In this document: positions 11,890-25,165 of the stretch, piece by piece | Position numbering within the stretch: the stretch's first letter is position 1 | Layout of the letters: each line of letters opens with the position of its first letter | NCBI GenBank assembly: GCA_003971905.1 | Contig: RSEE01000031.1 | Location: forward strand, 124,001 to 188,000 | Length of the DNA stretch: 64,000 nt | Direction: 5' to 3' | Source of the DNA: Moniliella sp. 'wahieum' | Lineage: Eukaryota | Made by a program: the position numbers and the translations under genes | Notes under the pieces: model-generated | What the model was told of the DNA's origin: nothing | The model's database searches: none | What the model saw: the letters and a program-made list of their open reading frames with translations, nothing else

Positions 11890-12858
11890 TCATGCATTCG
11901 ACGCATTTCTGGAATCATCAATAAGAGCGAGATCAGTATCAGTACTCAGTGGCAAAGACAAAGGAGATAGAAGAGGCACATACTGCAACAAGAAACGAAC
12001 GTTATTGAGAAAGATGTGGATTTGGTCCTCGTACGGCGTCCACTCGTTTGCCTGAGCTGCCATTTTACACGAGCGCGCCAGTTCGAAGAGTTCATTACCG
12101 TGCTGCATCTCCACCTCAACCTCAAATGAGGGAGATTTATTGGGGGCAGAGACTTGGGTAATGTCAACCTGCGAGATTTGGTGCTTGTAAGACAAACGTT
12201 GTTTTTCCCGCGTGCAGGGCCGGGGAGCTCGGCACCGGATCTGATGGTAGGAGATGTGGGTCAGAGATGGAGGGGGACAAGATGGGGAATGGGAATGGCA
12301 TGCCCCCTGGGCTCAACGTACGAGGAGTTTCAATGTTGATACTAATACGATAATCCAGTAACGCTTGAGGGTTAAAAATGTCCATGCTGGCAACACGTGT
12401 CTTGACCATGCCGTTTTGGCACCCGTCTTGTGGTCGCTGGTGAGACGAATGCGTGAATTGGGAGGGACACGGTCGACAGGACCGGGAGCATGGAACGTGT
12501 CGGTTGACTGAATACGCTGTACGAGACCGGGGCGCCATGGTAGCCAGGCTCATGCGATTGCTGCACAGTGTTGTTGAGCAGATGGTTGAGACTCGCGTGT
12601 TGGGTACGCGTCACTGGCCTCAAAGCGTGGATCCAGGTGGATAATCCGTGATGGTCTCAGTACGAAGGGGAAGGTGTACGCGTTGTTGAGTGGCCAGGTC
12701 GATGAGCGTTCCTAGCTTGGCCTCAATCTCGATTTGGCCAGCGGCCGGGTCGATGCCTTGATCTCTTGCCAGATCCACTCGGACACAACAACAGTAAAAT
12801 CGTCACGCGGATCGACGGCAAAAATGGACCGCTCGAGAGGCGGATCAGGCCACGACAT
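11890..12858 (-). CDS. CET1: mRNA-capping RNA 5'-triphosphatase (CYTH/TTM fold)
   Basis: MSWPDPPLERSIFAVDPRDDF, EIEAKLG (motif A), DYRISINIE, RLSYKHQ..QVDITQV and FEVEVE (motif C). Introns at about 12241-12321 and 11909-11983. Confidence 0.88.
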
Positions 12859-13446
12859 GACGCAAGCCAGCGAGGGACAGGGCCAACGAAGGCGAGATGG
12901 CGACGGTGGCGAAGACGGTGGTGGGGTAAAAATGGGCGACGCGACGTAGAAGCCTCAATGGGCTGTTATTCCTATTTATTTTCCTTTTTTAAACCATTTC
13001 TCCCACATCCAATATCGGCCATCAAATTACCACCTCACCGCACCGCCTTCTCGCACCCCTCGCTTGCTGGCCCCAAAGCACAGAGGATATACCATCCAAC
13101 TTGATCCAGACTGTTACCGCAACTCGACAACGTACTAGGTACGCCTAACTTCCATCTACGGCTACTAAGCTGACTTGCTGAATTCAGTCGATCGCAACAT
13201 TGCATTGCGTTTTGAGGTCATAGTGACTGACCGGTGTAAGCGCTAAAGGGGTAGAAGGGACAAAGTGATACAAGAAGCATACGCGTCCCACCGGTTCAAT
13301 CGAGTGTCGCATCCACGCAGGACACGGAGTAGATGAGGCACAGTTGCGAACGTGCAAGCACCTACAGCATTTTTGAGGGGGGTAGAGTCGAAAAAGGGTG
13401 GATACAATGATGATGACAAGACCGTGTGAAGGAACCGAGTATGAGC

Positions 13447-14226
13447 TTAGACGCTGGCGAGAGGTGTAGGCTCGACAAACTCAGCACTCTTGACCTTGGC
13501 CCCGAGGTCCTCAGCGCCAACCACGTTGGCGCACCCCCGTGGAGCTCAACGAGGCGCGAAACGTCAAACTTGGGCTTCTTGATGATCTTAACCTTGTGGA
13601 CAAACACGTCCTTCAAAGGGTAGATCCCACGGGTTGACTTCTCAATTTCACGACCAATGACCTCAGGAATGAGCTTCTGCACCACTCCTTGATGTCGCAA
13701 GTCTCAATCTCCCGCTTGATAATCTGGAACATCTTTTGCCGGATCGCGCGCACTTGGGCGGATTGAGCGTAGGTAGTCTTCGAGACACTGTTGGAGCGGC
13801 GCTTGGTGAAGGCAATGACAAACAGCGCACAACGTAGCCGTCGGTCAACTTGACGTCCTGGTGTGCCTCGATCGTCGTCTGCCACTTGCGAACAAGGGAA
13901 CGGATCTTGTCCGTGGTGAAGTTCATCGAGTGGAAGTTGGTGAGGCACGACCGGCCCTGCACCTCATCAACGCGGAGGGAGAACTTGCGGAAAGATTGCT
14001 CCTCGTCCTTGTTGAGGTCGGCCAACGAGGCCTCGACAATGCGGCCCTTGAGCGAGTCGTTGGCGTTCACCAGACCCTGAGACTTGTTGACAATGGTCTT
14101 ACCCACCGTGCGGTTGTCAAAGAAGGTGGGCGCCCGGATGTCGTGCCACACCTTGCGGGACATGGGGTCGACCGTCTTTTTCTTCATGCCCTTCTTGCCG
14201 AGCTTCTTGTTCTTGCCAATCGCCAT
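13447..14226 (-). CDS. RPS1: 40S ribosomal protein eS1 (S1/S3a)
   Basis: [59 protein letters not shown]. Intronless, with about three single-base frameshifts. Confidence 0.98.
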
Positions 14227-14339
14227 GTTGTGCAATGGGTCCCGAGGACTGATCGATGTGTCGGCAGAAACGAGCTACGAGACGAGGACGACCCACTGCC
14301 GACGACAGGCCAGGCAGGAGAAGGGCAAGGACACATGGC

Positions 14340-14370
14340 AACCCTAGGCAAGACTCCCAGGGTTAGGGTG
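14340..14370. promoter_or_regulatory. Telo-box-like motifs (AACCCTAG; AGGGTTAGGGT) in the divergent RPS1/SAD1 promoter
   Basis: Two oppositely oriented telomere-like motifs lie about 120-140 bp upstream of the RPS1 ATG. Confidence 0.4.
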
Positions 14371-14656
14371 GGGTGGAATGACGGCTGGGGGGCTGTGTAC
14401 TTGCGCAATGCTGCGGTGTTCAATTCAGCCGAGGCACTCACGGATCATTTCACATTTCAAATGGATGATGAGATAATCACGTGTCTGGTTTTCATTCCCT
14501 AAGTGTTCCTTACATAATGTATGTCATGTCATGCCATCACGATCCGTGGTGGATGATTGATGGTCAGGTACGTTTCATTCCGCGGGGCGGGCGGAATTTG
14601 CTGCGAGTCTGCTGCTCTTGTCGTCCCAGCCACTCCACCAACCACCTCCCACATCC

Positions 14657-16505
14657 ATGTCTCCGCCCCCCGCCAAGCGCCCGCGCTCCAGCCGGCCCAG
14701 TAGGGGGCCGTCCATCTCCGTCCCTCCTCCTCCACCGCCATCGCCGCCTCCACCAGATTCCTCTTCTCCGCCCCCGCCCCGCCACCGCCTCCTCACTCTC
14801 ACCCTCCCCACTTTTCATTTGCTACCTCTACCCCCCATCCTGCCGACGTTTCCAACGCGATGCGATGACGACGACCTCGATGATGCCCAATATTGGACTC
14901 AGCGTGCCGCAGAGGCCGAATCAGAGCGTCTCGCTGCCGCGCGCAAGCACGCAACCCTCTATTTAGACACTGTCGCCCGCCCGCGTCTCGACTTCGACTT
15001 TGAGCATGTATGCAGCGTGTCCATGTCGCCGCTTCATGTCTACGCCTGCTTGGTCTGCGGCCGCTTTTTCCAAGGTCGTGGCCCCCATAGCTGGGCTGCG
15101 AAACATGCCGTGGACGAGGACCACCGTGTCTTTCTCAAACTCGCTTCGGATGGAGGTGGAGCAGCTGGCAGTGTTTGGATCCTGCCGAAGCCCAACAGCT
15201 CACCGACCCTGCCAGCCTTGCGGCCCTGGCCGACATTCGGTACCTGCTTAACCCCACATTTACTGAGCAGCAGATCGAGCGCCTGGACGCCCCCAATATT
15301 CCGCTCAGTCACGACCTCCAGGGTCATCCCTATACCTCTGGGTTTGTTGGCCTCAACAATGTGGGCAAGACAGATTACATAACGTTGTATCCAAGCTTTG
15401 GCCCACGTCAAACCCCTCCGGAATTTTTTCATTCGGGGTCAGCCTCTTGCAAACGCCGCATCCAATGTTGATACGACGGACTGCATGGAGACAAAACGAC
15501 GGGTCTGGTAACCCAGTTTTCACTCTTGGTGCGCAAATTGTGGAACCCGCGTCTGTTCAAGTCCCAAGTTCGCCCCAAGAGTTTCTCCATGCTGTGGACC
15601 GTGCCTCCAATGGCCGCTTTCGTCTCGGAACTGGGGGGGACCCCTCTGAGTTTCTGGGCTGGCTTCTCAACCAGCTCCATACCGACTTGGGTGGCAGTCG
15701 CAAGAAGGAGAGCATCATCTCGGCTTGTTTCCGTGGCTCACTGCGTGTCGAAAGTCAAAAGGTGGTCGTCCGTTCGGGGCTGGAACTGGAGGACGAGCCG
15801 AGGAACCAGCTGGATGCGGACGGTCGTGCCGATGGCGGACAGCGGGACGAGAAGAACGAAGCCCGGTTCAATATTGACAAGGAGGTGCAAGTTCACTTTT
15901 CCCCGTTTTCTTCTTAACCATTGATCTTCCACCTCTACCTGTGTTTCGGGACGATGTCGAGTCCAACATTATTCCCCAAGTCCCGCTAGCCCAACTAATT
16001 GCTAAGTACGATGGGGTCACGTTCCAAGAAGCTCGCGGCCAGATTCGTCGCTTAAGCTCACCCGCCTCCCCCCGTTTCTGATTCTCCATTATCGTCGGTT
16101 TACCACCAACAATTTGTGGAGGAACGCAACCGCACCATCGTCAACTTTCCCGTTCGAGGACTCGACATGAGCCCCACCATTGAGCAAGCAGACCAGCCGG
16201 GGGTCGAAATGGGTACGATCTGGTTGCCAACATACCCACGAGGCCACCCCGGGTACCGTCAAGGACAACCAAGTGTGGCGGTCCCAGGTGCATACTCGTG
16301 TGGATGGTCGGCCGCTAGGCCCAGTTAAGGGACCGGGCAAGCGAATGGCGGAGGAGTCCGAAATGAGCGAACCAACGCCGAGGAACGCTGGTTCCAAATC
16401 CAAGATTTGATCGTCGAAGACATCAATCGACAGATGCTCTTCCTGGGCGAGTCCTACCTGCAGATCTGGAAACGCAAAGACGGGAAGAAGAGGTGGAAAA
16501 GATAA
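14657..16505 (+). CDS. SAD1: U4/U6.U5 tri-snRNP protein Sad1/USP39 (ZnF-UBP plus inactive USP domain)
   Basis: LYLDTVARPRLDFDFEHVCSVS, YACLVCGRFFQGRG, GFVGLNNVGKTDY, RKLWNPRLFKSQV, EERNRTIVNFP, MLFLGESYLQIW. Confidence 0.95.
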
Positions 16506-16779
16506 TGCGTCGGCAGGCGGAGCATCAAACCAAAAAGCACCTTGCCAAGAGCCAATCCAAGGGCAAGTCCATCTCAACTGCGGCAGCTGTCTCTTCTTAA
16601 ACCGGAGAGCTTATTGCCTGTCCAGTGGCGCGAAAGCAGGATGCAATGTAATACTGTCTACATTAGTGCACCATTTGAGCAGTGATGGTAGTGCTAGGCA
16701 CGAGTGGCGTAGCAAGGCATGGAGGTAGTGCATGGCATGGGGGGATGGTGCCTGTCAAGGGCAGTTGCAGAATTAGGCC

Positions 16780-17160
16780 CTAGGGAGCACGGAAGTCGAT
16801 GACCTTCTTGGTATAATAGCGCCAGCCAAGAGCGAGGTGGCCGTCAAAGCCTTAGGCACCGGGCCCTTACGAAACCGGGGGGCAGACGCGCCGAGGAGCA
16901 AGACCGAGGCAGCGGCGGCAACCTCATAGCCATTGTCGCCTCCGCTCTGGATCTGGTATCCGGCTAGGCCATAGAGCGCCCCGACGCCCAAGCCAGCCAC
17001 AAGCGAGGGCATGGACTTGGTGCGCGCAAAGCCAATCACGCCGCCGAGGGCACAGAGGCCAGCCATGCTGTAAGCGGGGTGGGTGCGACTAGTTGAAGCA
17101 AACACAATGGAGGATAAGCTGGGGAAGCAGATGATGGAAGGCGGGCACAGCACGTACCAT
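16780..17160 (-). CDS. TMEM14-family small mitochondrial membrane protein
   Basis: ATG-only first exon and intron 17089-17157, followed by HPAYSMAGLCALGGVIGFARTKSMPSLVAGLGVGALYG. Confidence 0.88.
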
Positions 17161-17647
17161 CGTTTTCCAGGCCGGAAACAAGGAGGAAGAGAGGAGGAGG
17201 AGGAGATGCGGAGGTGGTGGTGATGTTCGAGCTAGCCTCGGCTTCTCAGAACGCCGAGCTTTGCTCAGGCTGAGCTTTCAGTCGGTTAGTCGTGAGCACA
17301 TGGGGCGATGTGAGTACTTGAAACTTTCGACGCATGGGCCAATCTCTCGGTGGATCTACGGGAGCTGACGAACCAACCACACGCGTATAAGAAAGCGGAT
17401 GAGCAGGATCGGCTATATACATACCCACCACCCAAGAAGTACACCACTCCCTGGCACCTGATGCTGACAGGAAGGACCGGCCACAATCGAGGCAAACGCG
17501 CTACGACAGCAATTGTAGTGGCAGTGGCAGTAGCAGCAGTTTGCAGGAAGCCGATACAATTTATCCAATCGCTTTTGGGGGGGAGTCGTCTCCCCGCCTT
17601 CAGTATTCTATGCAGTCCAGGCATTCCACATCCAGCGCCCCCGAGTC

Positions 17648-20600
17648 TTACTCGTCCTCTTCTGCTTCAAACTCAGCGTAGTGCCGCGCCTCGAAGGGGG
17701 TCCCGAGCACCTGCGACGCGTACGCGCACACCAGCCCGGCCGCCCCTCCAACCAGAAGGGTGAGGTGAGTAGCAGTGAGAGACAGTGCCGCCGCCACGTA
17801 CCGCGGTCCCCACACCGTGGCCAGCATCAGGTCATCCCGCATCAGTCCCACCCACACTGCCGCTGCCACGCAGGCGACGGACGCGGTACCAGCGTAGCCC
17901 AGCGCTGCGCGCACCAGGTACGGGATCGTCGGCATCGGGTCGTCCACCTCGGTCCCTGGCTCCTTCTTGGCTTCGCTCGTGGCCATCCCACGGGGCGGGG
18001 AGTGTGGCGCCAGAGGACGAGCAGAGGAACAGCAAGCACAACCAGTACGCTTGGCCCCAGCGTGTTGACGGCAAGCAAGATGGGTGCAAAGGGATAGGTC
18101 AGGTGGCGGAAACCAACCAGGCTGTAGCCCATTGGATGCTTGGCATGGTCGCCTGGTGGCCTGTACTAAAGAAGGCGACGTGGGAGAGGAAATGAAGAGT
18201 AACGAGAACAAGGGGCGAGGCGACCTCCAGTTTGCCCCACTCATTAAGCATCCGCACCCCCGCACCAGCCCCCTCCGCCAAACAAAGCACAACCGAAATC
18301 AATAACCCCAGCGCCACCTGCCCCATGGGCTGAGCCAGGAGAAAGACAAAAGATGCAAGGAAGAGCAAGGAGAAGGTAGTGTACTCCAAGCAGGTTGCGT
18401 AGACCTGTCAGAACGGGGCGTTGCACGCCCGGCTCCGATGGCGCCCGCTCTATTTTCAGCTCCAGCGGAAGAGGCGACAGAGGCCAGAGGACCAAGGCAA
18501 AAGGAGTGTAGCACCAATATCCAAGAGGGCAAGAGGACGTTTCAACCAGTTGGACCATACAGCCAATTTTGACGGACGTAATCCCGTCACCCCAGCGGAC
18601 AAGTTGTCGAGGACCCAATACGCCGCACCAACCACCAAGGCGGAACGGAGAAGCCACTTGACATAGAGTTGGATCAGGCGTGTATCTGACTCAGTCAACG
18701 CGGCGGCTAGGCGAACCATAGCTGGCACCAGCCAATATGCCACGGCCAGCGCCAACATCGAAGCCCAAAGACTGTTGGTCGAGGAAGCCATGGGGGAGAA
18801 GGGCGTTGTCTCATTCCCTTCACTAGTCGAGTTGTAAACGTAGCGGGCGAAAAACGTGGTTTGCAATAAGGACCCTGCTCCGCCCGGCACACATGGATCC
18901 CCAGCAAGAAGCGCGTGAGCACAATCCCCAACACAGCCAGAGCACCCGTACGAAGAAGATCCTTCTGTGTCGTGGCCCTTCGCACTGCTGAGCTAGAGAT
19001 GAGGCTCGTAACCCGAAGGCGGGCGCCAGCAACAAAAGAAAGGCAAAGGAGGAGCTGAAGAAGGGTGAATGTCACATGGTCCTCCCACGCAATGAAGTTT
19101 TTGCTCCCTAAAGAAAGTCCATGTATCAGAACAAGGGCCGCAGGGATGATCGTTCCCCGGTGCAGGGATAAGGCACGAATTGTCTTGTCGGGCTTGCCCA
19201 GGAGAATAAGGTTGGCCACAATGAGCTGGCCACAGAAAATGAAGCCCAAACTGACGTGTCCGAACCGGGGGAAAAGCTCAAGAACCGAAACCTCATTGAT
19301 GTGCCCCATCACACCCAGCATCAGGCCCAGCAACGGGCCAGAGAGGATGAAGCTCAACGCAGCTGCTTGTCCAAGAACGCGCGTTGCAGCCCGCAGCCCA
19401 GCAACAGGACGAGGCTTGGCCCCAATCGCGGAACGCAAACGGAAGCAGAAAGCATTCCCAACACAAGTAATGCAAGGCCCGCACCCATGGCCTCAAGGTG
19501 AATGTGAGTCCAGGAGACCTTGGCCCGTGTAAGAACGAGACGAGTATAGGCAAAGTAGGCTTGCTCGGCCGTGCGCGTCAGAGCGGGCGGAGCGGACTCG
19601 AAGCTGGTAGCGCCGCCAGGGCCCAATCCGCTCGGGCAGCGCGTGCCCATGCCGCTTGCAGCTCACGAATAAACCCATTGAAATCCCCTGCCTTACCCAC
19701 ATAGCTTTCAAGGTAGGTGTGAACCTGCAAAGCGTTAATCCGGAGCGCCCTCAGAAGGTCCTCCCCAAAAAGCTCTGGAATGACCGTACCAAGGGAGCTG
19801 AACGGGATAGGCAGCCCATTTAGCAATGCAAAAGTGGGGACAATGTCGACTTGCTGGATGCTGTGGCGAAACTTATCTGGCCCCAGAGGACGCACCTGGC
19901 CCAAGGCTTCGAAAGTGCTGCGGGCCCTATCATCCGGCTGGAGATCATTGGGGAAAGAGAAGGCGTCGGGCACCAAATTGTTGCGAGTTGTCGAGAACAC
20001 GAACGACCCTTGTGGCCTGCCAGTAAATGAAGCGCCAGTCTCGCTGGCCGCAATGTTGCATGAGGTCCCCTCCGCACAAGCCAAGAAAACAAAGTAGTCC
20101 TCCCCCAGAGCAGTAAGGTTCTTGGCCGTAGCGACAAACTTGCCTGGACCGAAGTGGTGACCACGCGTGGAGGATCCGAATGAGACACGTGTTTTCTCAT
20201 TGGGCAAGACGATGTAGTGCAGTCCCTCCCCTCTGGGTAGAGGGGAAGTGAGAGGACGCTTAGAATAGGCAAAGAAGGCGGCAGCCTTTTCGACGTTTTC
20301 ATCTACGCCTCAAGCACCTTGGCATCCATGCCACGGTCCCCCACAACGAACAGAAGAGCGTCTTCTGGCAAATGGGTAGCAACAAAGCGAAGTTGCTCAT
20401 CAACCATTTCCAGCTGACGACTCATCTCTGCATGGTCAAGACTGTCGCTCGAGTGATTGAGACCCCTCATGTGCAACAAGAAGGGACCAATTCCCCGCCT
20501 CAGTTTGGGAGTAGTGGTGGGATCCAACAAGGCGCGAAGATGCGACTCGACACCTTGGTCGGCTGAGGCAAGGCCTTGAATCTTGTGGTAGGGCCAGGTC

Positions 20601-21420
20601 CAGGCCTTGTCAAACGAATTAGGGTACAGATTGAGCCAAGTATCGTCACCGATGAAGGCCAAACCAGCGGGTTCCCTGTCGCGCGCAAGGACTCGTGCAC
20701 GCAGCTGAGCCAGCAAGTTGTCCTCCTCAATCTTGGTCGCACCAAAGTGGGAGCCGGTATGGATAAACGCGGGAAGCACGCCCGTCATCAGAGACTTGAG
20801 CCGTTGAATTGTGGGTGTGGACGGTTCGGAATCAAACTGGGCCAGCAGTGTATGGCCCGGGTGGTCCGACTGCAAAGCAGGAATCGTGTTAAATGCGCCC
20901 ATCACGTCCGGCGTAAACTCGGCATCGCTCCCTTTGTCTGGAGCCAGCGTGGCGGGTAGACTAACTCGGAGTGAAGACCATCGACCACAAATAACAACGA
21001 GCGGTCAAAGCGGCGGGGGAGGGTGCACTCGCCGTGCGCCTTCAAAACATTCGACCAATTGGAGGGAGTAGCTTCACCCTCTGCCACAAGCGCGGCAAGG
21101 GTAGTATCAATGTTGGCAGCAGCCTCAAAAGAGGCATGGCAGTGTGTGCTGTCAGATAGCTCGGTGCGAGTGATGAGGAAGCCCCGGGCGAAGAGCAAAA
21201 GACCAGCAATCTGAGTGATGGCACAAAGGCTAACAGAGCCAATGCGCCACAGCAAAGGCACCAACGATGGCGGGTGGATAGAATCGTTGTCATGTGCGTC
21301 ACCGCTAGCACTGGAACCAGCATTGGGTTTTGGCTTTTTCGACTGATCCTTCGAGGCAGACTTGGTCTGTGGCGAAGACGCCTCCGGTGCCGTACGGCGT
21401 CGCTGCCGCAGGCTGCTCAT
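17648..21420 (-). CDS. GPI13: GPI ethanolamine-phosphate transferase 3 (Gpi13/PIG-O) homologue, divergent
   Basis: LLLFARGFLITRTEL, TIQRLKSLMTG, IEEDNL, FIGDDTW, QVDIVPTFALLNGLPIPFSSLG, FFSTGHQATMPSIQW, LMLATVWGPRY, with a multi-pass C-terminus. Confidence 0.88.
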
Positions 21421-21606
21421 CAACCGGCCGAGAAGATAGGAAAGCGGGAGGGGAGGGAGGAGAAGGTGGTCGCGAGTTCTCGCGGCATGTCCACGGCATC
21501 CCTGAGTTCTGACGAATCTGACGCGCAGGCGGAATTCAAACTGGGGAGATTAATGTTCAGAACCAGGAGGATGTCATGTGATTAATGATTGATTGATTTC
21601 GATGGT

Positions 21607-21977
21607 TGTAATCACCGGTGCACAATAAAGCACGCAAACACCACTCAGTGTAAGGGTCAGGCGATACGAGTGAGGCCAAAAGCACCAAGGGAAGAAAGGA
21701 TGCACTGGTAGGGGAAAGGAGAACAGGAGCGGCGAGGAGCAGTGAGAATATTTACCTCAATAGCTAAGAGGACCGTGACACTCAGGACCACCACAACGAA
21801 CACAATCCACGTATGTGGCAAAAGCTACTATATAGATGACAACGATTTGGCCCATCTAACCATGCCTGGTGCGCAACATAGTATGTTGGTTGACACTCAG
21901 TACTCAACCAACATACGAATAACAACAACACAAGGCACACCCTCCCGGGGGGTTAACAATCTGAGCACAGTATAACA
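21607..21977. mobile_element. Possible solo LTR
   Basis: A 371-bp segment bounded by TGTAAT...ATAACA, with AATAAA, a TATA-like ctatatag and an internal 13-bp inverted repeat. No target-site duplication, PBS or PPT found. Confidence 0.25.
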
Positions 21978-22430
21978 AGAAACGGTGAGTCTCTGTGCGC
22001 GTGTTGGTACGCTACTTGTCTGTATCATAGCAAGTATTACCCGATTTTACGGTGCGTTATAAGCCGTTGGACGCGGGCCTTTTTTACTCTCCGCGTATAC
22101 ATTCTCCACGTATAAAATACTCTCCGATATTGACCCTTTAAGCTTTAATCATCGATCATCGGCGATCAGTAATCATTCATCAGGCCTGGCCTCATGCACT
22201 TCATGCCTATGCCTGCAGGACTCAATATTCACGTGGATAAGGGTAGGTGAGTGTCTGGTATGAACTATAGTGTGTAAGAGATGCATGTCGACATGTGGGC
22301 GGCGGAAACTATATCGACGCCAACCTGTTTGGGACGAGATGCATTTCTTGATGAATGTGGAATGGAACCCGCTGCACAGCCCCGGCTGAGCCGCTGAGCG
22401 CTGAGACTCAGCGCTGAGAATTGGACGGAC

Positions 22431-22451
22431 GGGGGGGGGGGGGGGGGGGGG
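22431..22451. repeat. poly-G tract (21 nt)
   Basis: Directly visible. Confidence 0.9.
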
Positions 22452-25165
22452 TGCTATAGATTTGTTCTGAAATTCACGTGCAAGAACAGAAGTATAGGAT
22501 TAGTGGTCGGGGGAGAGCCCGGCCTGATTAATGTGGTTGCCGTTTTATGCAATGCCGAGAGGGCAATGCTGTGAAGAGTATATATAACTCGAGACACTCA
22601 TAGTTATAACCGGCAACCACCAGGGCATCGGATCCATCAGGTCTCAAGCTGTGTTGGCGCCGCATATTTTCCCGCTTTTACACGCAACATGCATACTGCC
22701 TTGCCTCCCACTTGCAGCCCAAAACACTATCCAGCTTCAAGCTTCAATAAGAAAGCGGAACAAAATGAATGCCATAATGCATAACGTCGGTGCTGGCTGA
22801 GGCCTAGGCCTGATTGATGCCAGGATAACTTGCCACTCGGTCCCACTGCCGCCATCGATTTCATTGACATCAGTCTCTAGCTTCATCGCATCGCGAGCCA
22901 GTGAAGCGGAGAGGTCTGGATCAGACCAGTCCGAGTGTGTGAAGCATTGTGTGAAGTTGAGGAGGCCTGCTCTCAGACTGAGCACTGAGGCTCTCAGTAC
23001 TGAGGCCAGTGAGGGTACTGAGGTTCGGGAACCGGTAACTAGGAACTAGTAACTCGTAACGCGTAACTGTGTTCCCTAAGCGAAACACACTGTGTTCAAT
23101 AAGACCGTTTGTACTCACTGCGGAGGGTCATCGGGGCAACCGGTCACCGGCCATCCGGTCATATACTGGGGGGTCTCACCCGCCCCGATAGGGAGACCCC
23201 AGACCGGCATTGGTCAGAATACTGGTGTGGCCGGATTCGGGTGGAGATCCGGGACCCAAGGTCCGAACGAGCTGCCATGGCCTGAAGAAGGTCTATATAA
23301 AACGCCCTAAATCGCTATACTATACGCGTTCTACTTATACGCGTCGGGCGCGTTACGGCGTACGCTAGGGTCCCCAGGGTACGCCTCGGTGTTTCAGGTG
23401 TGATGATGATATTCACCGAGCGGCTTTGTGATGTGTGACGGCGTGAGCGGGATGCGTGACGCCTGAGGCCTCAGCCTGAGGCCGGAGACTGCGGCTGGTC
23501 GAAAGCTGATCGCTGATCTCGCTGATCTGAGGAGCTGGGGCCTCCTCCAGCTCCTCTAGGAGGATCCATATATCGCGAGGTTAGCTCTGTCGATCACCAC
23601 TGCTCAGCCGCTCAGCGCGCTCACGTTCTAAGTGGGTCTTCGAGTTGTTCACAGCACCTCCGCAAAAACTACATATGCAGAAGCTGTGGTATTGAAGGTT
23701 TTGAACTTTCGATCCGCGGACAACGGCGGAACACAGGGGGAATACCAACGTACACCAGAGAAGGCATATCTAGCGACTCACAGGCCCCGCCCGTGTGAAA
23801 GAGCAGAATACGTATGTCTCTAAAACGCATGTCCTTTAACAGCTAAACGTTAATCGATGTCCTGTAACATGTAACATTTAATCGATCAATCGAGATCGAT
23901 CATGATGGAGATTGGATACCGAGAGACATAACAGAGCGTTAAGTGATGTAAACCACAGATGTGCCCCCGCGACCTCAGCGCCTCATCTTCAGGGTATAGA
24001 AAGCCGGTGTCCTGTAGCGACGCTCTAATCCACCCGGCTATGCAGACCGCAACATGGACGCTGAGCGCTGAAGAGTATAGGGCAGTGGCGTATAGGCGAT
24101 AGCGCATCCACCGTTTTCTGTTCCCGGTGCCTAGGTGTTCTTTCCGTTTCCCGTTCCCACTCCGGTGCGACGACGCCCTGGATGGCCTTTCCCCAATTGT
24201 TGCACCCCGATGTTACCCCGGCTTCCGATGGTTTCTGATGCTTGGCCAGCTTCTTGCCCTCGTCGCCGCTTCAAATTCGAACGGCCTTGAAACCTTGCCC
24301 TCGGTTCTTAGTTTGTTTCTGTTCGGTCGCGTCCAATAACGCACCCGGATTGGTTGTTCCATCACCCCCATCCGCACATCAATCGTACAGTCGGCGTACG
24401 GTTCAAGACGCTCGCGTCCAGCCGGCTAAAGATTTCCCATTCTTCCCGATGGACGACTCGAGCATGCCTGATGGCCAACCGGTTTCGAGCCCACGCCTCG
24501 TTTCCAAGTGAGGTCCAACCCTCAACTATCCAAACCCTTGAGGCTCGCGACGGTTTTCAACAGCTCAAGACGGATTTTTTTTCAGGATCCTCGTCTGCGA
24601 CGTCAACCTCGGTTGCTCTATTCCTTCTTTCTCGTTGGTTAATTTCCGCTCTCCCCCGCGGAGAGGGAGGACCCAGGAGATGCGCGCGGACGCGCATAAG
24701 AGAGATGAGGAGTGGGAGCCCAGGTCGCCAAAAGGCGTGGCGACGGCTGAAAGCCCAATTACCTGTTTATCCTACCAAGTAGGCATGTGTGGACATGCCT
24801 TGTGAAGAGGAGCGTGATGTCACGGGCGAAGACGGGCTGGCAACCCCAGCGGAGTTTACGCGCACGTCTTTCGCCTTCCTGCGCCCTTCGCCTTCCTGAA
24901 AGGATCGAAGAATCTTGAATCTTAAATGGAGAGAGAGGTTGCATGCGATGGCGACTGCGGCAGGGGCAGAGAGAAGGGGAGAGGGCCGATTGATCGGAGT
25001 CCTGACGTCAGTTCATCTCGCCGTCCTATAACTTGCCGCTTTGAGCTTTACCACACACGACGGGGGACGTGACTAACAAGAATTTGGATGTGCAATGTCC
25101 CATTCACCTTTAGCTTATCTCTTCTAGCTTCTACCCATATAGAGAAACCCTTTTAGTTGCATCAA

